Shown here: one piece after another, positions 17,848 through 27,796 of the stretch
Layout: every line of letters begins with the position of its first letter
Position numbering within the stretch: position 1 is the first letter of the stretch
From: a virus
IMG/VR virus record: IMGVR_UViG_3300036795_000115
Location: 4,739 to 68,738 of that record
Length of the DNA: 64,000 nucleotides
Reading direction: 5' to 3' (one strand)
Notes under the pieces: model-generated
The model's input: only the letters and a program-made list of their open reading frames with translations
What the model was told of the DNA's origin: nothing
Databases searched by the model: none
Position numbers and translations under genes: made by a program

Positions 17848-19440
17848 ATGCCCTGGCACGGGGGAGACGGTGATCCGGGCGCCTTCCCGACGTTGGGCTT
17901 CGCGGTCATTGACTGGATCGAAGCAAACCTCATCGTCCCGGATGGCGCTCGTCGCGGTGAACCGTTCCTGCTGACGCCCGAGCAGCAGTGGCACATCATG
18001 AAGTCGTACCAGCTCAAGCCACACGCTCGGGCCGATATGGGCTCGCAAGCGTTCACGTACTACGGCTCGCTGTTGGTGCGCCCGCAGAAATCCGGCAAGG
18101 ACCCCCTCGCCGCAGCGCAGGCGTGTGCTCAAGCGCTCGGCCCGGTTCGGTTCGCCGGCTGGGACGCAAGCGGGGAGCCGGTGGGCTCTCCTATGCCGAC
18201 GCCCTGGATCCAGTGCGCAGCCAACTCGGAAGATCAGGTTGGCAACACCTTCAGTCCGATCTTCACGATGCTCTCGGAAGGCCCGGCGGCGAACACTCCG
18301 GGCCTGGATGTGGGCCTGACCAGGGTGAATTTACCGGACGGTGGCCGTATTGAGCCGGTCACGGCGGCGGCGAAGAGCCGTCTGGGTGCCCGGATCACCT
18401 TCGCCACCTTCACCGAGTCGGGCCTGTACACCGAGTCATCCGGTGGCGTGACCTTGGCGCGCACCATGAAGCGCGGTTTGGCCGGCATGGACGGCCGCTG
18501 GATGGAGCTCACCAACGCCTACGACCCGTCGGAGCGTTCGGTAGCCCAGCGAACGTGGGAAGCCAAGGCTCCGGGCGTCTTTCTGGACTATCGGCAGCCC
18601 CGGGTGCGCGTCGATCTGGACGACGATCAGGCACTTCGAGCCGAATTGGTCTACGTCTACGGGGATTCGGCCATCGAGAACGGCGGCTGGGTCCGCATTG
18701 AGCGGATCATGGACGAAATCCGAGATCCGAGCACTGGTGAGGGTGAGTCTCGCCGGTTCTATCTCAACGAGGTCACGGTCGGGTCGCGCGACGCCGTCGA
18801 CATGATCAAGTGGACGGCTCAGCGGGACTCCAGCGAGCCGCTCCAGAAGCGCCAGCAGGTCGCGTTGGGCTTCCATGGCTCCCAGAACCGCGACGCGACC
18901 TCGTTGTGCGCCTCACGGCTGTCTGACGGTCGCATTTACCATCTCAGGACGTGGGAACGGGCCCCCGGAGAGTCGGAATGGACCGTTCCGCGCGAGGAAG
19001 TCCACCAGGCCGTCCGGGATGCGTTCAAGGCCTTCCAGGTCGAGGCCATGTTCTGCACACCCACGGGTTGGCAGACCGAAGTGAACGTGTGGGACGGGCA
19101 GTACCCGAAGAAGGTCTACGAACTGTGGACCAACTCCGAGTTGCGCATGGATCAGCTGGTGGAACGGTTCCAAACGGCCCATCGGGGCGACGAATTGACC
19201 CATGACGGCACCGAAATCCTCACTATGCACGCCGCTGGGGCTGCTTTGGCCAACGGAAAGCGGCGTTCCACGGCCGAGGAGCGGGTGCCGGGGCAGCCTG
19301 AGCACTACCAGCGGATCGTGAAGAAGTCGCACGCACAGTCAATTTCCGCCTTCATGGCGGCGCTTTTGGCCTACGAAGCCCGTGGTTGGGCCATCGAACA
19401 CGGGTCGTTGGCGAAGCGGAAAGTACCCAACTTGTGGTGA
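17848..19440 (+). CDS. terL: terminase large subunit; nuclease domain apparently inactivated
   Basis: Walker A RPQKSGKDP; ELTNAYDP; directly upstream of the portal; nuclease motifs read GFHGS, FCTP, SISA. Confidence 0.9.
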   Translation: MPWHGGDGDPGAFPTLGFAVIDWIEANLIVPDGARRGEPFLLTPEQQWHIMKSYQLKPHARADMGSQAFTYYGSLLVRPQKSGKDPLAAAQACAQALGPVRFAGWDASGEPVGSPMPTPWIQCAANSEDQVGNTFSPIFTMLSEGPAANTPGLDVGLTRVNLPDGGRIEPVTAAAKSRLGARITFATFTESGLYTESSGGVTLARTMKRGLAGMDGRWMELTNAYDPSERSVAQRTWEAKAPGVFLDYRQPRVRVDLDDDQALRAELVYVYGDSAIENGGWVRIERIMDEIRDPSTGEGESRRFYLNEVTVGSRDAVDMIKWTAQRDSSEPLQKRQQVALGFHGSQNRDATSLCASRLSDGRIYHLRTWERAPGESEWTVPREEVHQAVRDAFKAFQVEAMFCTPTGWQTEVNVWDGQYPKKVYELWTNSELRMDQLVERFQTAHRGDELTHDGTEILTMHAAGAALANGKRRSTAEERVPGQPEHYQRIVKKSHAQSISAFMAALLAYEARGWAIEHGSLAKRKVPNLW

Positions 19441-19454
19441 AAGGGGCCTCGAGC

Positions 19455-19628
19455 ATGCCGCAGTGGCTCCTTTTGACCCTCGAAATCGTCGGATGTGCCC
19501 TGTTCGTGGCCGGAGTGTGGCTGTTTTGGCACCCAGGGGCGTTCCTGGTCGCCGGAACGGCCATTGTGGTGGCCTGTGAGCGTTGGTCGATCGCGGAGAC
19601 GGCTCGCAGGCAGGGACAACGCCGGTGA
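19455..19628 (+). CDS. small 2-TM protein
   Basis: Two hydrophobic helices; typical between TerL and portal in HK97-like actinophages. Confidence 0.7.
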   Translation: MPQWLLLTLEIVGCALFVAGVWLFWHPGAFLVAGTAIVVACERWSIAETARRQGQRR

Positions 19629-20875
19629 GCCTGTTCCGGATCAAGGAACGTCGAACGAACATCGAAAATCCGGCCGTCCCCCTGAATTCCCTGTCCCTGC
19701 TGGGCCTGTTCGGCGGTCAGCCCACCGATTCGGGTGTGCCGGTCACCGAGTACACGGCGATGAACATGTCGGCCGTCTACCGGGCCGTCAGCCTCATCTC
19801 CGGGCTCGCTGGTTCACTGCCGTTGCAGGCGGTGGACACCGCCACGAAGAAGCCGGTCGAGGGAACCATCCTCGAAGACCCGCATCCGGAGATGACGGCG
19901 CTCGAGTTGTGGCGTCTCGCGGCGGTGCATCGCTGCCTGTGGGGTAACAGCTACCTGCAGAAGGTCTACAAGCGCGGCGGCAAGATCGCCTACCTGAACC
20001 CGATCTCCCCGGACAGGGTGACGGTGCTGCTAGCTGACCCGATCACCGCGAACCCGTCGGGAAAGGTCTTCAAGGTCGCGCAACTCGACGGCAAGATCGT
20101 GCCGATGACCCCGAACGAGATCATGCACATCCCAGGCATCGGCTACGACGGCAGATGTGGGATCTCCCCGGTGCGGGCGGCAGCCCAGGCAATCGGAATG
20201 GCCCAAGCGGCGGAAGCTACCGCCGCTCGACTGTTCAAGTCCGGCAACATGCTGTCCGGCCTGCTCTCCACTGAGGCCGAGCTGGACCAGTCTCAGGCCG
20301 AGACGTTGCAGGCGCGCTGGGCGGAGAAGTTCTCCGGCATCGACGGTGCCCACCGGGTCGCCGTGCTGGACTCCGGGGCGAAGTTTCAGAGCCTCGTCAT
20401 GCCGAACGACGACGCGCAGCTGCTCGAGTCCCGCGACTTCCAGGTCACGGAGGCGGCCAGGGTATTCGGCATCCCGCCGTACCTGATGTATCAGACGGAC
20501 AAGACCACGTCGTGGGGCTCCGGGCTGGAACAGCAGGCGCGTGGTTTCAACCAGTTCGACCTACACCCGAACTGGTTGGCCCCGGCCGAGCAGCGGATCA
20601 CGAAAGAGCTGCTGCCGGCGGGTCAGAAGGCCCGCTACGACATCGACAGCCTGTTGCGCGGCGACTCGATCGCCCGCGCCGAGTACTACCGGGTGATGCG
20701 GGAGATGGGCGCTTACAACGTCGATGAGATCCGCGACCTGGAGGATCTGCCGCCGCTGCCCAACGGTGCCGGCCAGGTGTATCTGCAGCCGATCAACCCG
20801 AACGCGGTCAATGCCCCGATGGGCTCGGACAAGGTTCTGGGTGGTTCGTCGCTAGGCCCGTCTGATGGCGGCTAA
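19625..20875 (+). CDS. HK97-family portal protein
   Basis: AVYRAVSLIS..AGSLPL, LWGNSY, IMHI..GISPV, DAQLLESR..ARVFGIPP, LLRGD. Confidence 0.95.
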   Translation: MSLFRIKERRTNIENPAVPLNSLSLLGLFGGQPTDSGVPVTEYTAMNMSAVYRAVSLISGLAGSLPLQAVDTATKKPVEGTILEDPHPEMTALELWRLAAVHRCLWGNSYLQKVYKRGGKIAYLNPISPDRVTVLLADPITANPSGKVFKVAQLDGKIVPMTPNEIMHIPGIGYDGRCGISPVRAAAQAIGMAQAAEATAARLFKSGNMLSGLLSTEAELDQSQAETLQARWAEKFSGIDGAHRVAVLDSGAKFQSLVMPNDDAQLLESRDFQVTEAARVFGIPPYLMYQTDKTTSWGSGLEQQARGFNQFDLHPNWLAPAEQRITKELLPAGQKARYDIDSLLRGDSIARAEYYRVMREMGAYNVDEIRDLEDLPPLPNGAGQVYLQPINPNAVNAPMGSDKVLGGSSLGPSDGG

Positions 20876-20892
20876 CCAGTGAGGATTTTCGA

Positions 20893-21168
20893 ATGACGTT
20901 CTCCGTGGTAGTGCCCGCTGGCACCGGCGGCGTGCAGGCCGTGACCGGCGATTGCGAGCTCGTGGGGTTCTCCGTCCGCGAGACAGCGGCAGCTGTGGCC
21001 ACTGTCGTGTTCCGTGACGGAACCTCGTCGGCTGGGGCGTCCAGGACGTTCGTCAACTTGGCCGCGAGCGGCACCGACAGCAAGATCTTGCCCGCCGTGG
21101 AGTTCAAGACCGGGATTTTCGTCGACCGGACGGCGGGCTCGACCGAGCTCGTGCTGTACCTCGACTAG
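20893..21168 (+). CDS. hypothetical (possible capsid decoration) protein
   Basis: GAGG RBS; beta-rich small protein in the head operon. Confidence 0.65.
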   Translation: MTFSVVVPAGTGGVQAVTGDCELVGFSVRETAAAVATVVFRDGTSSAGASRTFVNLAASGTDSKILPAVEFKTGIFVDRTAGSTELVLYLD

Positions 21169-21182
21169 TGAAGGGATCGGCG

Positions 21183-22478
21183 ATGCTTCGTAGCCTGCCG
21201 ACTGGTGAAGAGCGTCGTGATCTGTCCCTGCTCGACGCGGGCGTTTCTCTGCAAGTCGAACCTTCCACCGAGACTCGAAGGTTCGTGGGCCACGCGGCGG
21301 TGTTCAACAGTCGAACCGCGATCGGCAACCCCCGCACGTTCGGGTTCTACGAGCGCATTTCCCCCGGTGCGTTCACCAAGACCCTTCAGGAGTCCGACGC
21401 CCGGTTCTTGATTGACCACTCCTCGTACCACGTGGTCTCAAGGGCATCGGCCGGCACGCTCCTGCTGAGTCAGAACACACGCGGTCTCGCGGTCGACTCC
21501 GCGCTCGACACACGCTTGTCCTACGTCAACGACCTGATCGCCAACTTGGACAACGGCAATATCCGGGGCATGTCCTTCGGGTTTCAGGTGGTCAAGGACG
21601 AGTGGAGCGAGCTTTCGGAGCGTGACGCCAACGGCGAGCCGTTCACGGTCGAGGACCGTGACATCAAGGAAATCAAGCTGATCGAAACCAGCTCGGTGAC
21701 CTTCCCCGCCTACGAGGAAACCGACGCGGGACTGCGCCACAGCCTCGTCCCCGCGTTGCGTCACCGGGGCGACCTGGACGCCATCGCCCGCGCGGTGTCG
21801 TTTCGCCCCGAGCTGGCGCACCTACTGGGGTACGACCCGGAACTCGCGCCCACGCACATTCTCTTGGACAGCCGAGCTATGGCCAAGAAGCCCGCCCCCG
21901 CTGACGATGAGTCAAAGGAGCCGGCGTCAGCCGACAAGGCGGGCACAGTCATCCCGTATCAGCACACCGCGACCAGCGACAAGGCGTGGGATGCGGCGTC
22001 GAACGTCAAAAACCTGGGCGACACCCCGTCGGCGGACTCGCTGCGAGCGTGTTTCGGGTGGATGCACGACGACCACGACAACGACGCAGATGACGACCCG
22101 ACGAACAAGAGCAACTACAAGTTTCCCCACCACTTCGTCTCTTCTGACGGGTCGGTGGGTGCGGCGTCCACGGTGGCTTGCTCCGCCGGGATCGCCGCGT
22201 TGAACGGCGGCCGTAGCGGCGCGAATATCGCCGACTCGGCCCGCTCCGGGGTGTATGAGCACCTCGCGCACCACCTTCGGGACGCTGGCGCTGAACCGCC
22301 AGAGTTGAAGTCGCACAGTGAGCCGGCTGAGACCACTCATAACGCCGACCCGGAAGTAGAACCAGCTGAGATCCCGGAAACCGAGCCGGCCGCGTCCACT
22401 CGGGACTTCGAATCTGAGCAGTACACGGCCCTGGCGAAGGCCCGCGCACTCGCGGTCCGCCTGAGCTTGGCCGCCTAA
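21183..22478 (+). CDS. HK97-type prohead protease with an extra C-terminal domain
   Basis: FVGHAAVFN, FLIDH, GMSFGF, ETSSVTFPAY. Confidence 0.92.
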   Translation: MLRSLPTGEERRDLSLLDAGVSLQVEPSTETRRFVGHAAVFNSRTAIGNPRTFGFYERISPGAFTKTLQESDARFLIDHSSYHVVSRASAGTLLLSQNTRGLAVDSALDTRLSYVNDLIANLDNGNIRGMSFGFQVVKDEWSELSERDANGEPFTVEDRDIKEIKLIETSSVTFPAYEETDAGLRHSLVPALRHRGDLDAIARAVSFRPELAHLLGYDPELAPTHILLDSRAMAKKPAPADDESKEPASADKAGTVIPYQHTATSDKAWDAASNVKNLGDTPSADSLRACFGWMHDDHDNDADDDPTNKSNYKFPHHFVSSDGSVGAASTVACSAGIAALNGGRSGANIADSARSGVYEHLAHHLRDAGAEPPELKSHSEPAETTHNADPEVEPAEIPETEPAASTRDFESEQYTALAKARALAVRLSLAA

Positions 22479-22555
22479 CCACTCCTAGCTCCCCCTTCAC
22501 TCCCTGCGCATGCGTACGGGGGCTGTTGGCGTGCCTGAAAGGACGCGAACCAACG

Positions 22556-23848
22556 ATGAGCAACGAACTGAACAAGCGGTACCGCGAGGAGCTCATGGGG
22601 CTCTCGCACCGCATGAACGAGATCCTCGGCGAGACCGAGAAGGCTGGCGAGTGGACCGCTGAGCAGCGGACCAACTTCGACACCGCCAGCGCCCGCGCCG
22701 ACGAGCTCGAGGCGAAGGTCACCGAGCTGGAGGCCGACGCCAAGCGCGCCGACCGTGCGCACGGTCTTGACGCCGTGGATTACTCCTCGGTCGTGCAGAC
22801 CCGCGCGGGTGCCCCGGTGCAGACGCCGGAGCAGTCGGTGGAGGAGCGCGACGCCGCTCACGACGCCGAGTACCTGCGGGCCTTCGAGTCCTACGCCCGC
22901 AACGGCCTGGAAGACCTGCGTCCCGAGCAGCGGCAGATCCTCGCCGCGAACTACGTGCGTGGCGGTCAGGAAGCTCGCGCCGGCGCGGTCACCTCCCCGA
23001 GCTCTTCCGGTGGTTACCTGATCCCGCCGGGCTACCGGCAGATCATCATCGAGCGGATGAAGGCGTTCGGTGGCCTGCTGCAGTACGCCACGGTCATCAA
23101 CACCTCGACCGGTAACCCGTTGCAGTGGCCGACCAACGATGACACCGCCAACCAGGGTGCCCTCAACGCGGAGACCCATGACCTGGCGACCGGTTTCACC
23201 GAGTTCACGTTCGGGACCGCGACCCTGGGTGCGTGGCTGTACGCCTCTGGTGTCGCCCTGGTGTCGGTGCAGCTGCTACAGGACAGCGTGTTCGACCTGA
23301 ACACCTGGCTGCCGGATCACATCGGCACCCGTATCGGCCGCAAGGTCGCCTCGGTGCTGGTCACCGGCGCCGGCACCACCGAGCCCCTGGGTGTGGCCAC
23401 CAACGCCACCGTGTCCGTGACCGGTGCTGACACCACGTCGATCACCTACGACAACCTGATCGACCTGGAGCACTCGCTCGACCCGGCGTACCGCAACAAC
23501 TGCCGGTTCATGATGAACGACGCCACCCTCGCGGTCATCCGGAAGATCAAGGACTCGCAGGGCCACCCGCTGTGGGTCCCCGTGCCGGTCCCCGGCATGG
23601 CGCCGAGCATCAATGGTCAGCCCTATTTCGTGGATCAGGGAATGGCTGTTCCGGGTGCGTCGAACAAGTCGATCCTGTTCGGTGACTTCCAGCGCGCGTA
23701 CGTGGTCCGCCAGGTCTTGGACATGAATATGGTGCGATTCAGTGAGCGCTTCATGTCGGCACTCCAAGTAGGCTTCCTCGGCTTTACTCGACTGGACGCC
23801 ACGGTGCAGGACTCGAACGCTTACGCGGCATTCCAGCACCACGCCTGA
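22556..23848 (+). CDS. HK97-fold major capsid protein
   Basis: N-terminal coiled-coil delta domain, GGYLIP, SVQLLQDS, KIKDSQGHPLW, FGDF. Confidence 0.95.
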   Translation: MSNELNKRYREELMGLSHRMNEILGETEKAGEWTAEQRTNFDTASARADELEAKVTELEADAKRADRAHGLDAVDYSSVVQTRAGAPVQTPEQSVEERDAAHDAEYLRAFESYARNGLEDLRPEQRQILAANYVRGGQEARAGAVTSPSSSGGYLIPPGYRQIIIERMKAFGGLLQYATVINTSTGNPLQWPTNDDTANQGALNAETHDLATGFTEFTFGTATLGAWLYASGVALVSVQLLQDSVFDLNTWLPDHIGTRIGRKVASVLVTGAGTTEPLGVATNATVSVTGADTTSITYDNLIDLEHSLDPAYRNNCRFMMNDATLAVIRKIKDSQGHPLWVPVPVPGMAPSINGQPYFVDQGMAVPGASNKSILFGDFQRAYVVRQVLDMNMVRFSERFMSALQVGFLGFTRLDATVQDSNAYAAFQHHA

Positions 23849-23865
23849 TCTGTTCTCCGCTTAAC

Positions 23866-23906
23866 CCGCGAATGCCCCCGTTGCTCCCCGACGGGGGCAT
23901 TCGCGG
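23866..23906 (+). terminator. stem-loop after the capsid gene
   Basis: CCGCGAATGCCCCCGT...ACGGGGGCATTCGCGG. Confidence 0.75.
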
Positions 23907-23930
23907 TCTCCACCCGAATAAGGAGTTGTC

Positions 23931-24176
23931 ATGGCTGTCCGGAAAGCAGCGGCCAAGGCTGAAGCCGCGCCCGAGAAGTCCGAGATCGACGAGGACAGCG
24001 GGGTACGCGTCAACATCGTGAGCCGCGACCGCGACGGCAACTCCCTGGAGGCGCCCGGTTTCCGGCTGCTAGTCCAGGAAGGCGCGTCGGACGCCAACAA
24101 GGCGGCGGCGTGGAACCTCGGCGGGGAGATGCCGTCTGAGGATTTGATCGTCTACATCGCTAAGCCGCAGGTCTGA
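23931..24176 (+). CDS. hypothetical virion-region protein
   Basis: AAGGAG RBS. Confidence 0.7.
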   Translation: MAVRKAAAKAEAAPEKSEIDEDSGVRVNIVSRDRDGNSLEAPGFRLLVQEGASDANKAAAWNLGGEMPSEDLIVYIAKPQV

Positions 24177-24177
24177 G

Positions 24178-24369
24178 ATGCCTCGCGTCCGGATGCTGAC
24201 GGCGATCTCCAACCGCAATTTCATGCTGCCGGACGGCGCTGAGGCGGACGTGCCGGCCGAGCTGGCGCAGATGTGGGTGGCCGCTGAGGTCGCCGAGTAC
24301 GTCAGGTCGGAATCCGTTTTGACCCCCGAGCGCCGGCGTCCCGGCCGTCCCCGCAAGAACCCCGTTTAG
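24178..24369 (+). CDS. small protein with an AT-hook-like RRPGRPRK tail
   Basis: Typical post-capsid small ORF. Confidence 0.7.
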   Translation: MPRVRMLTAISNRNFMLPDGAEADVPAELAQMWVAAEVAEYVRSESVLTPERRRPGRPRKNPV

Positions 24370-24377
24370 GAGCTCTC

Positions 24378-24740
24378 ATGTCTTACCAGCGTGCGGACGG
24401 CCGGTTCGTCTACACCGAGCAGTTCAAGATCCCCGGCACTGTCGTCACCGCCAGTGGAAACAGCCCCTCAGTTGATGTCGGGGGAGCCTCGGGCCTGCGC
24501 AGCATCTCCGTGGTCACGGCCGCCGTGGGCGGCACCACCCCGTCGCTGGTTATTCAGCCGCAGACCAGTCCGGACAACAGCACCTGGGTGAGCGTCGGGG
24601 GGCAGTACACCGCGATCACGGCGAACGGCACCGCAGCCAAGCCCACCCTGGGCCCGCTGGACCGGTACTTCCGGCTGAACTACACGGTCACCGGCACCAC
24701 CCCGACCTTTACCCTCACCGTCACCGGGGACCTGGTCTAG
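24378..24740 (+). CDS. putative decoration protein
   Basis: Similar to the C-terminal domain of the major tail protein (GTTPSL..Q.SPD..TW..R.N.T..GT.P.F). Confidence 0.65.
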   Translation: MSYQRADGRFVYTEQFKIPGTVVTASGNSPSVDVGGASGLRSISVVTAAVGGTTPSLVIQPQTSPDNSTWVSVGGQYTAITANGTAAKPTLGPLDRYFRLNYTVTGTTPTFTLTVTGDLV

Positions 24741-24743
24741 GCC

Positions 24744-25472
24744 ATGACAGCTCCGGTCACGGACTACATCACCGTCGACCAGCTGAAAACGGCGCTGCAG
24801 ATCAAGAACGACGCGAACGACGATCTGCTGCAGGTCGCCATCACCGCTGCGTCGCGGCGGATCGACGAACACTGCCGTGACCAGTTCTGGTCAGCGGACA
24901 CCCCCAGCGCCCGCGTGTTGGCCCCGGATTATCCCGGTGACATCTGGACCGGGGCGTACGCCTCCACGGTCGGAATGACCGTCGAAACTGACGATGACAA
25001 CGATGGGGTGTTCGAAACCCTGTGGGGCGCCCTTGACTGGCAGGCGGAGCCGCTGGTTCCGCAGTCGGGGGCACCATTCAACCGGGTTGTCGCGGTGGGG
25101 GCCAAGTTCTTCCCAGGTGCGCGCAAGCAGCCGTACCTGAGCTATCCGTACAACGGCTATGGCTATGGGTACGGCGGATTCATGTACTCGGGCATTGGCT
25201 CCGGCCAGACCGCGTACGGCCAGTCGTACCGGGCCCGGGTGCGGATCACGGCCACGTGGGGTTGGCCGGCGGTACCGCCCCAGGTCAAGCAAGCCTGCCA
25301 GATCCTGGCCACCGACTACTACAAGTCGAAGGACTTCACCAATGGATCGGCCGGCACCACCGGGCTGTCCACCGGCGTGTTCGGTGGACAGAAGGGCATT
25401 CAGCTGCACTCCGGGATCAACCCCCTGGCATGCAGCCTGTTGCGGGGCTTGCGTGACGTGGTCGTCGCATGA
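24744..25472 (+). CDS. head-to-tail adaptor
   Basis: YITVDQLK, AITAASRRIDEHC, VRITATWGWPAVP. Confidence 0.85.
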   Translation: MTAPVTDYITVDQLKTALQIKNDANDDLLQVAITAASRRIDEHCRDQFWSADTPSARVLAPDYPGDIWTGAYASTVGMTVETDDDNDGVFETLWGALDWQAEPLVPQSGAPFNRVVAVGAKFFPGARKQPYLSYPYNGYGYGYGGFMYSGIGSGQTAYGQSYRARVRITATWGWPAVPPQVKQACQILATDYYKSKDFTNGSAGTTGLSTGVFGGQKGIQLHSGINPLACSLLRGLRDVVVA

Positions 25473-25885
25473 ACCGGCTCTCCGCGCTACGTGAAGCCAT
25501 CGTGGAGCGCCTGGGAAACATCGACGACTTCACCATCTACCCGCGCATCACGGACAGCGCGAATGTGCCGTGCGCGTGGGTGGTACCGGATAAGCCACTG
25601 GTCGATTACCAGCAGGTGTTTCGGGGTGCGATCGGTCAGTGGAATTTCCTGATCGAGATCATCACCAACCGAATCGACATCGAGTCGGCGCAAGACTTCC
25701 TGGACGAGTACATCGACCCGGACGGCCCGTTCGTGACTCGCCTGCAGGACGACACCGTCCAGGACGCCCTGACTGAGCTCACGAGCAACTCCGTTCAAGT
25801 CCTCGCCGCTTCCCGGTACGGGTCTTACAGGGTCGGTGGCACCACCTATTTAGGCATCCAACTGTCTTTGCAGTTGTGGGCTTAG
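25469..25885 (+). CDS. tail terminator / head-tail protein
   Basis: Position and size; LREAI...AQDFLDEY. Confidence 0.6.
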   Translation: MNRLSALREAIVERLGNIDDFTIYPRITDSANVPCAWVVPDKPLVDYQQVFRGAIGQWNFLIEIITNRIDIESAQDFLDEYIDPDGPFVTRLQDDTVQDALTELTSNSVQVLAASRYGSYRVGGTTYLGIQLSLQLWA

Positions 25886-25894
25886 GAGAAACCA

Positions 25895-26095
25895 ATGGCT
25901 AGCAAGCCTGCTGGCGTGAGCTATGTCGTGGATCGGCCATTTGACCGGGTCGATGCCGGGAAGAACAAGTGTTACAAGGTCGGCGACCCGTATTCGGGTG
26001 ACGACATTGAGTTGTACCTGGAAATCGGTCTAATCGTCCCGGCGTCTGCCGGGTCTAACCAACCTGGTAACGATGATGGGAGTGCGGCTAAATGA
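25895..26095 (+). CDS. hypothetical protein
   Basis: AGGAG RBS; coupled to the tail tube gene. Confidence 0.65.
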   Translation: MASKPAGVSYVVDRPFDRVDAGKNKCYKVGDPYSGDDIELYLEIGLIVPASAGSNQPGNDDGSAAK

Positions 26096-26850
26096 CCGCT
26101 CAGGTGTATGTCGGCCGGAATGTTGCGGTCGCGTTTGACCAGTACGACATGTCCGGTAACGGTAACGAGTTGAAGGCGAAGCGGGACGCCGCGACGATCG
26201 ACGCGACGGTGTTCGGCGACAGGTTCTCGTATGATTTGGCCGGTATCCAGAAGGCGTCGATCGAGCTGAAGGGTTTCTACACCCCCGGCTACAACAACAT
26301 CGACGGGATCGTGAACCAAAGGTTCGGTCAGGACTCCGATGTGCTCGCCGCGTACGGCGCCCTCGGCTGGCCCCTGGGTGGCCCGATGGTCATGCAGCCG
26401 TCGGTGATCACCAAGTACGACATCGACGCGAAGCTGAAGGGTGCGGTCACGATCGACTGCACCATGATGGCCCGTGGTTACGTCGATGACGGCTACATCC
26501 TGCTGTCCCCGAACGCGTTCACCACCACCACCGGCATGTCCACCGCGTTGGACAACACCGCGAACGGTGGGGCGACCGTCGCGGGTGGCAACGCGCAGCT
26601 GCACGTGTTCTCCGCGACCGGCACCACCCCGTCGTTGACGATGAAGCTGCAGGGTTCCCCGGACGGCACCACCTGGACCGACATCCCCGGGATGGCGTTC
26701 GCCGCCGCGACCACGGCGTCGGCGCAGCGGATCGTGCTGCCCAAGCAGCAGGTCATCCCGGCGCAGGTGCGGGCCAACTGGACGATCTCGGGTACCAACC
26801 CGTCGTTCCTGGCCCTGTTCGGTTTCGCGCGTGGCGTCGTCTACAGCTAA
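26092..26850 (+). CDS. major tail (tube) protein with a C-terminal accessory domain
   Basis: IDATVFGD...LAGIQKASIELKGFY. Confidence 0.75.
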   Translation: MTAQVYVGRNVAVAFDQYDMSGNGNELKAKRDAATIDATVFGDRFSYDLAGIQKASIELKGFYTPGYNNIDGIVNQRFGQDSDVLAAYGALGWPLGGPMVMQPSVITKYDIDAKLKGAVTIDCTMMARGYVDDGYILLSPNAFTTTTGMSTALDNTANGGATVAGGNAQLHVFSATGTTPSLTMKLQGSPDGTTWTDIPGMAFAAATTASAQRIVLPKQQVIPAQVRANWTISGTNPSFLALFGFARGVVYS

Positions 26851-27284
26851 TGGCGGAAATCCGCATTGAGGCGGACTGGGAGGGGCTCGACGACGTACGG
26901 GACATGCTGAAGCGTGTCGAGTACGTCCTCGAGCCCCCGGGCCTCACCGAAGTGCTTTCTCCGGGTGCGGATGTTTTCGTGGACACCGCCGCCGAGACCG
27001 CCCCGAAGCGGTCCGGTGATCTGGCCCGGTCCATGCACAAGGACAACGACGGTGACGGCTGGTTGATCGCACCGAACACGGTGTACGCGAACATCCAGAA
27101 CCAGGGCGGCGATAACTACGCCGTCAACGGTGCCCCGATGGTCTTCCAGATCGACGGGAAGACCATTTTCACCGAGCACGTGCATGTGCCTGGTTCGCAT
27201 TACATGCAAGAGGCGTTCGAGTTGGGCCGTGGGCCGGCAGCTGAAGCTGTTGAGCAGGCCGTGGACGCCGCAATCGAAAGCTGA
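26850..27284 (+). CDS. HK97 gp10-like tail completion protein
   Basis: APKRSGDLARS, NTVYA, YMQEAF. Confidence 0.75.
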   Translation: MAEIRIEADWEGLDDVRDMLKRVEYVLEPPGLTEVLSPGADVFVDTAAETAPKRSGDLARSMHKDNDGDGWLIAPNTVYANIQNQGGDNYAVNGAPMVFQIDGKTIFTEHVHVPGSHYMQEAFELGRGPAAEAVEQAVDAAIES

Positions 27285-27325
27285 CCCCCACCTTGGGGGT
27301 TGTTCGTGCACACCAAACAGGAGAC

Positions 27326-27796
27326 ATGAGAATGAGCGAGTTCAACGACGACTTCGAGTTCCCCGAGCTGGTCGACTCCGGCGGTATCCAGTGGACGGCG
27401 GCCCGGGAGCGCATCGACGTTCCGGAGTGGAAGTGCTCGGTGTGGGTACAGGAGCTGACCGCCGCCGAGATGGATGAGTACCGGGCGCCGATGTTCGAGA
27501 TCGACGGCTCCGACTACGAGCTGAACATGTCGAACAACACCACCCGGCTGGTGGTGATGGCGGCCCGGCAGAAGACCGGTGCCCGCATTTGGCCGGACAC
27601 CGCCCGGGGTATCGCGGTGGTGAACTCGTTGGGTTCCGCCGGCTGTGAACGCATCGCCGAGGTGGCCCGTCGGTTGTCGCACATGACGAAGGAGTCGAAG
27701 AAGGCGCTTGAGGGAAAATCCGGAGCCGCCCGGAACTCCTCCGCCAACTCGACCTCGCGGCCCATCTCAAGTTCGCCAGCCGACGCGCTTTCCTAA
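27326..27796 (+). CDS. tail assembly chaperone (G-like, short form)
   Basis: VPEWKCSVWVQELTAAEMDEY; lies upstream of the tape measure gene. Confidence 0.85.
   Translation: MRMSEFNDDFEFPELVDSGGIQWTAARERIDVPEWKCSVWVQELTAAEMDEYRAPMFEIDGSDYELNMSNNTTRLVVMAARQKTGARIWPDTARGIAVVNSLGSAGCERIAEVARRLSHMTKESKKALEGKSGAARNSSANSTSRPISSSPADALS

Noticed and set aside
27712-27718. Programmed frameshift as a novelty
   Set aside because: It is real but is the standard tail-chaperone -1 frameshift; it is listed as a feature only.
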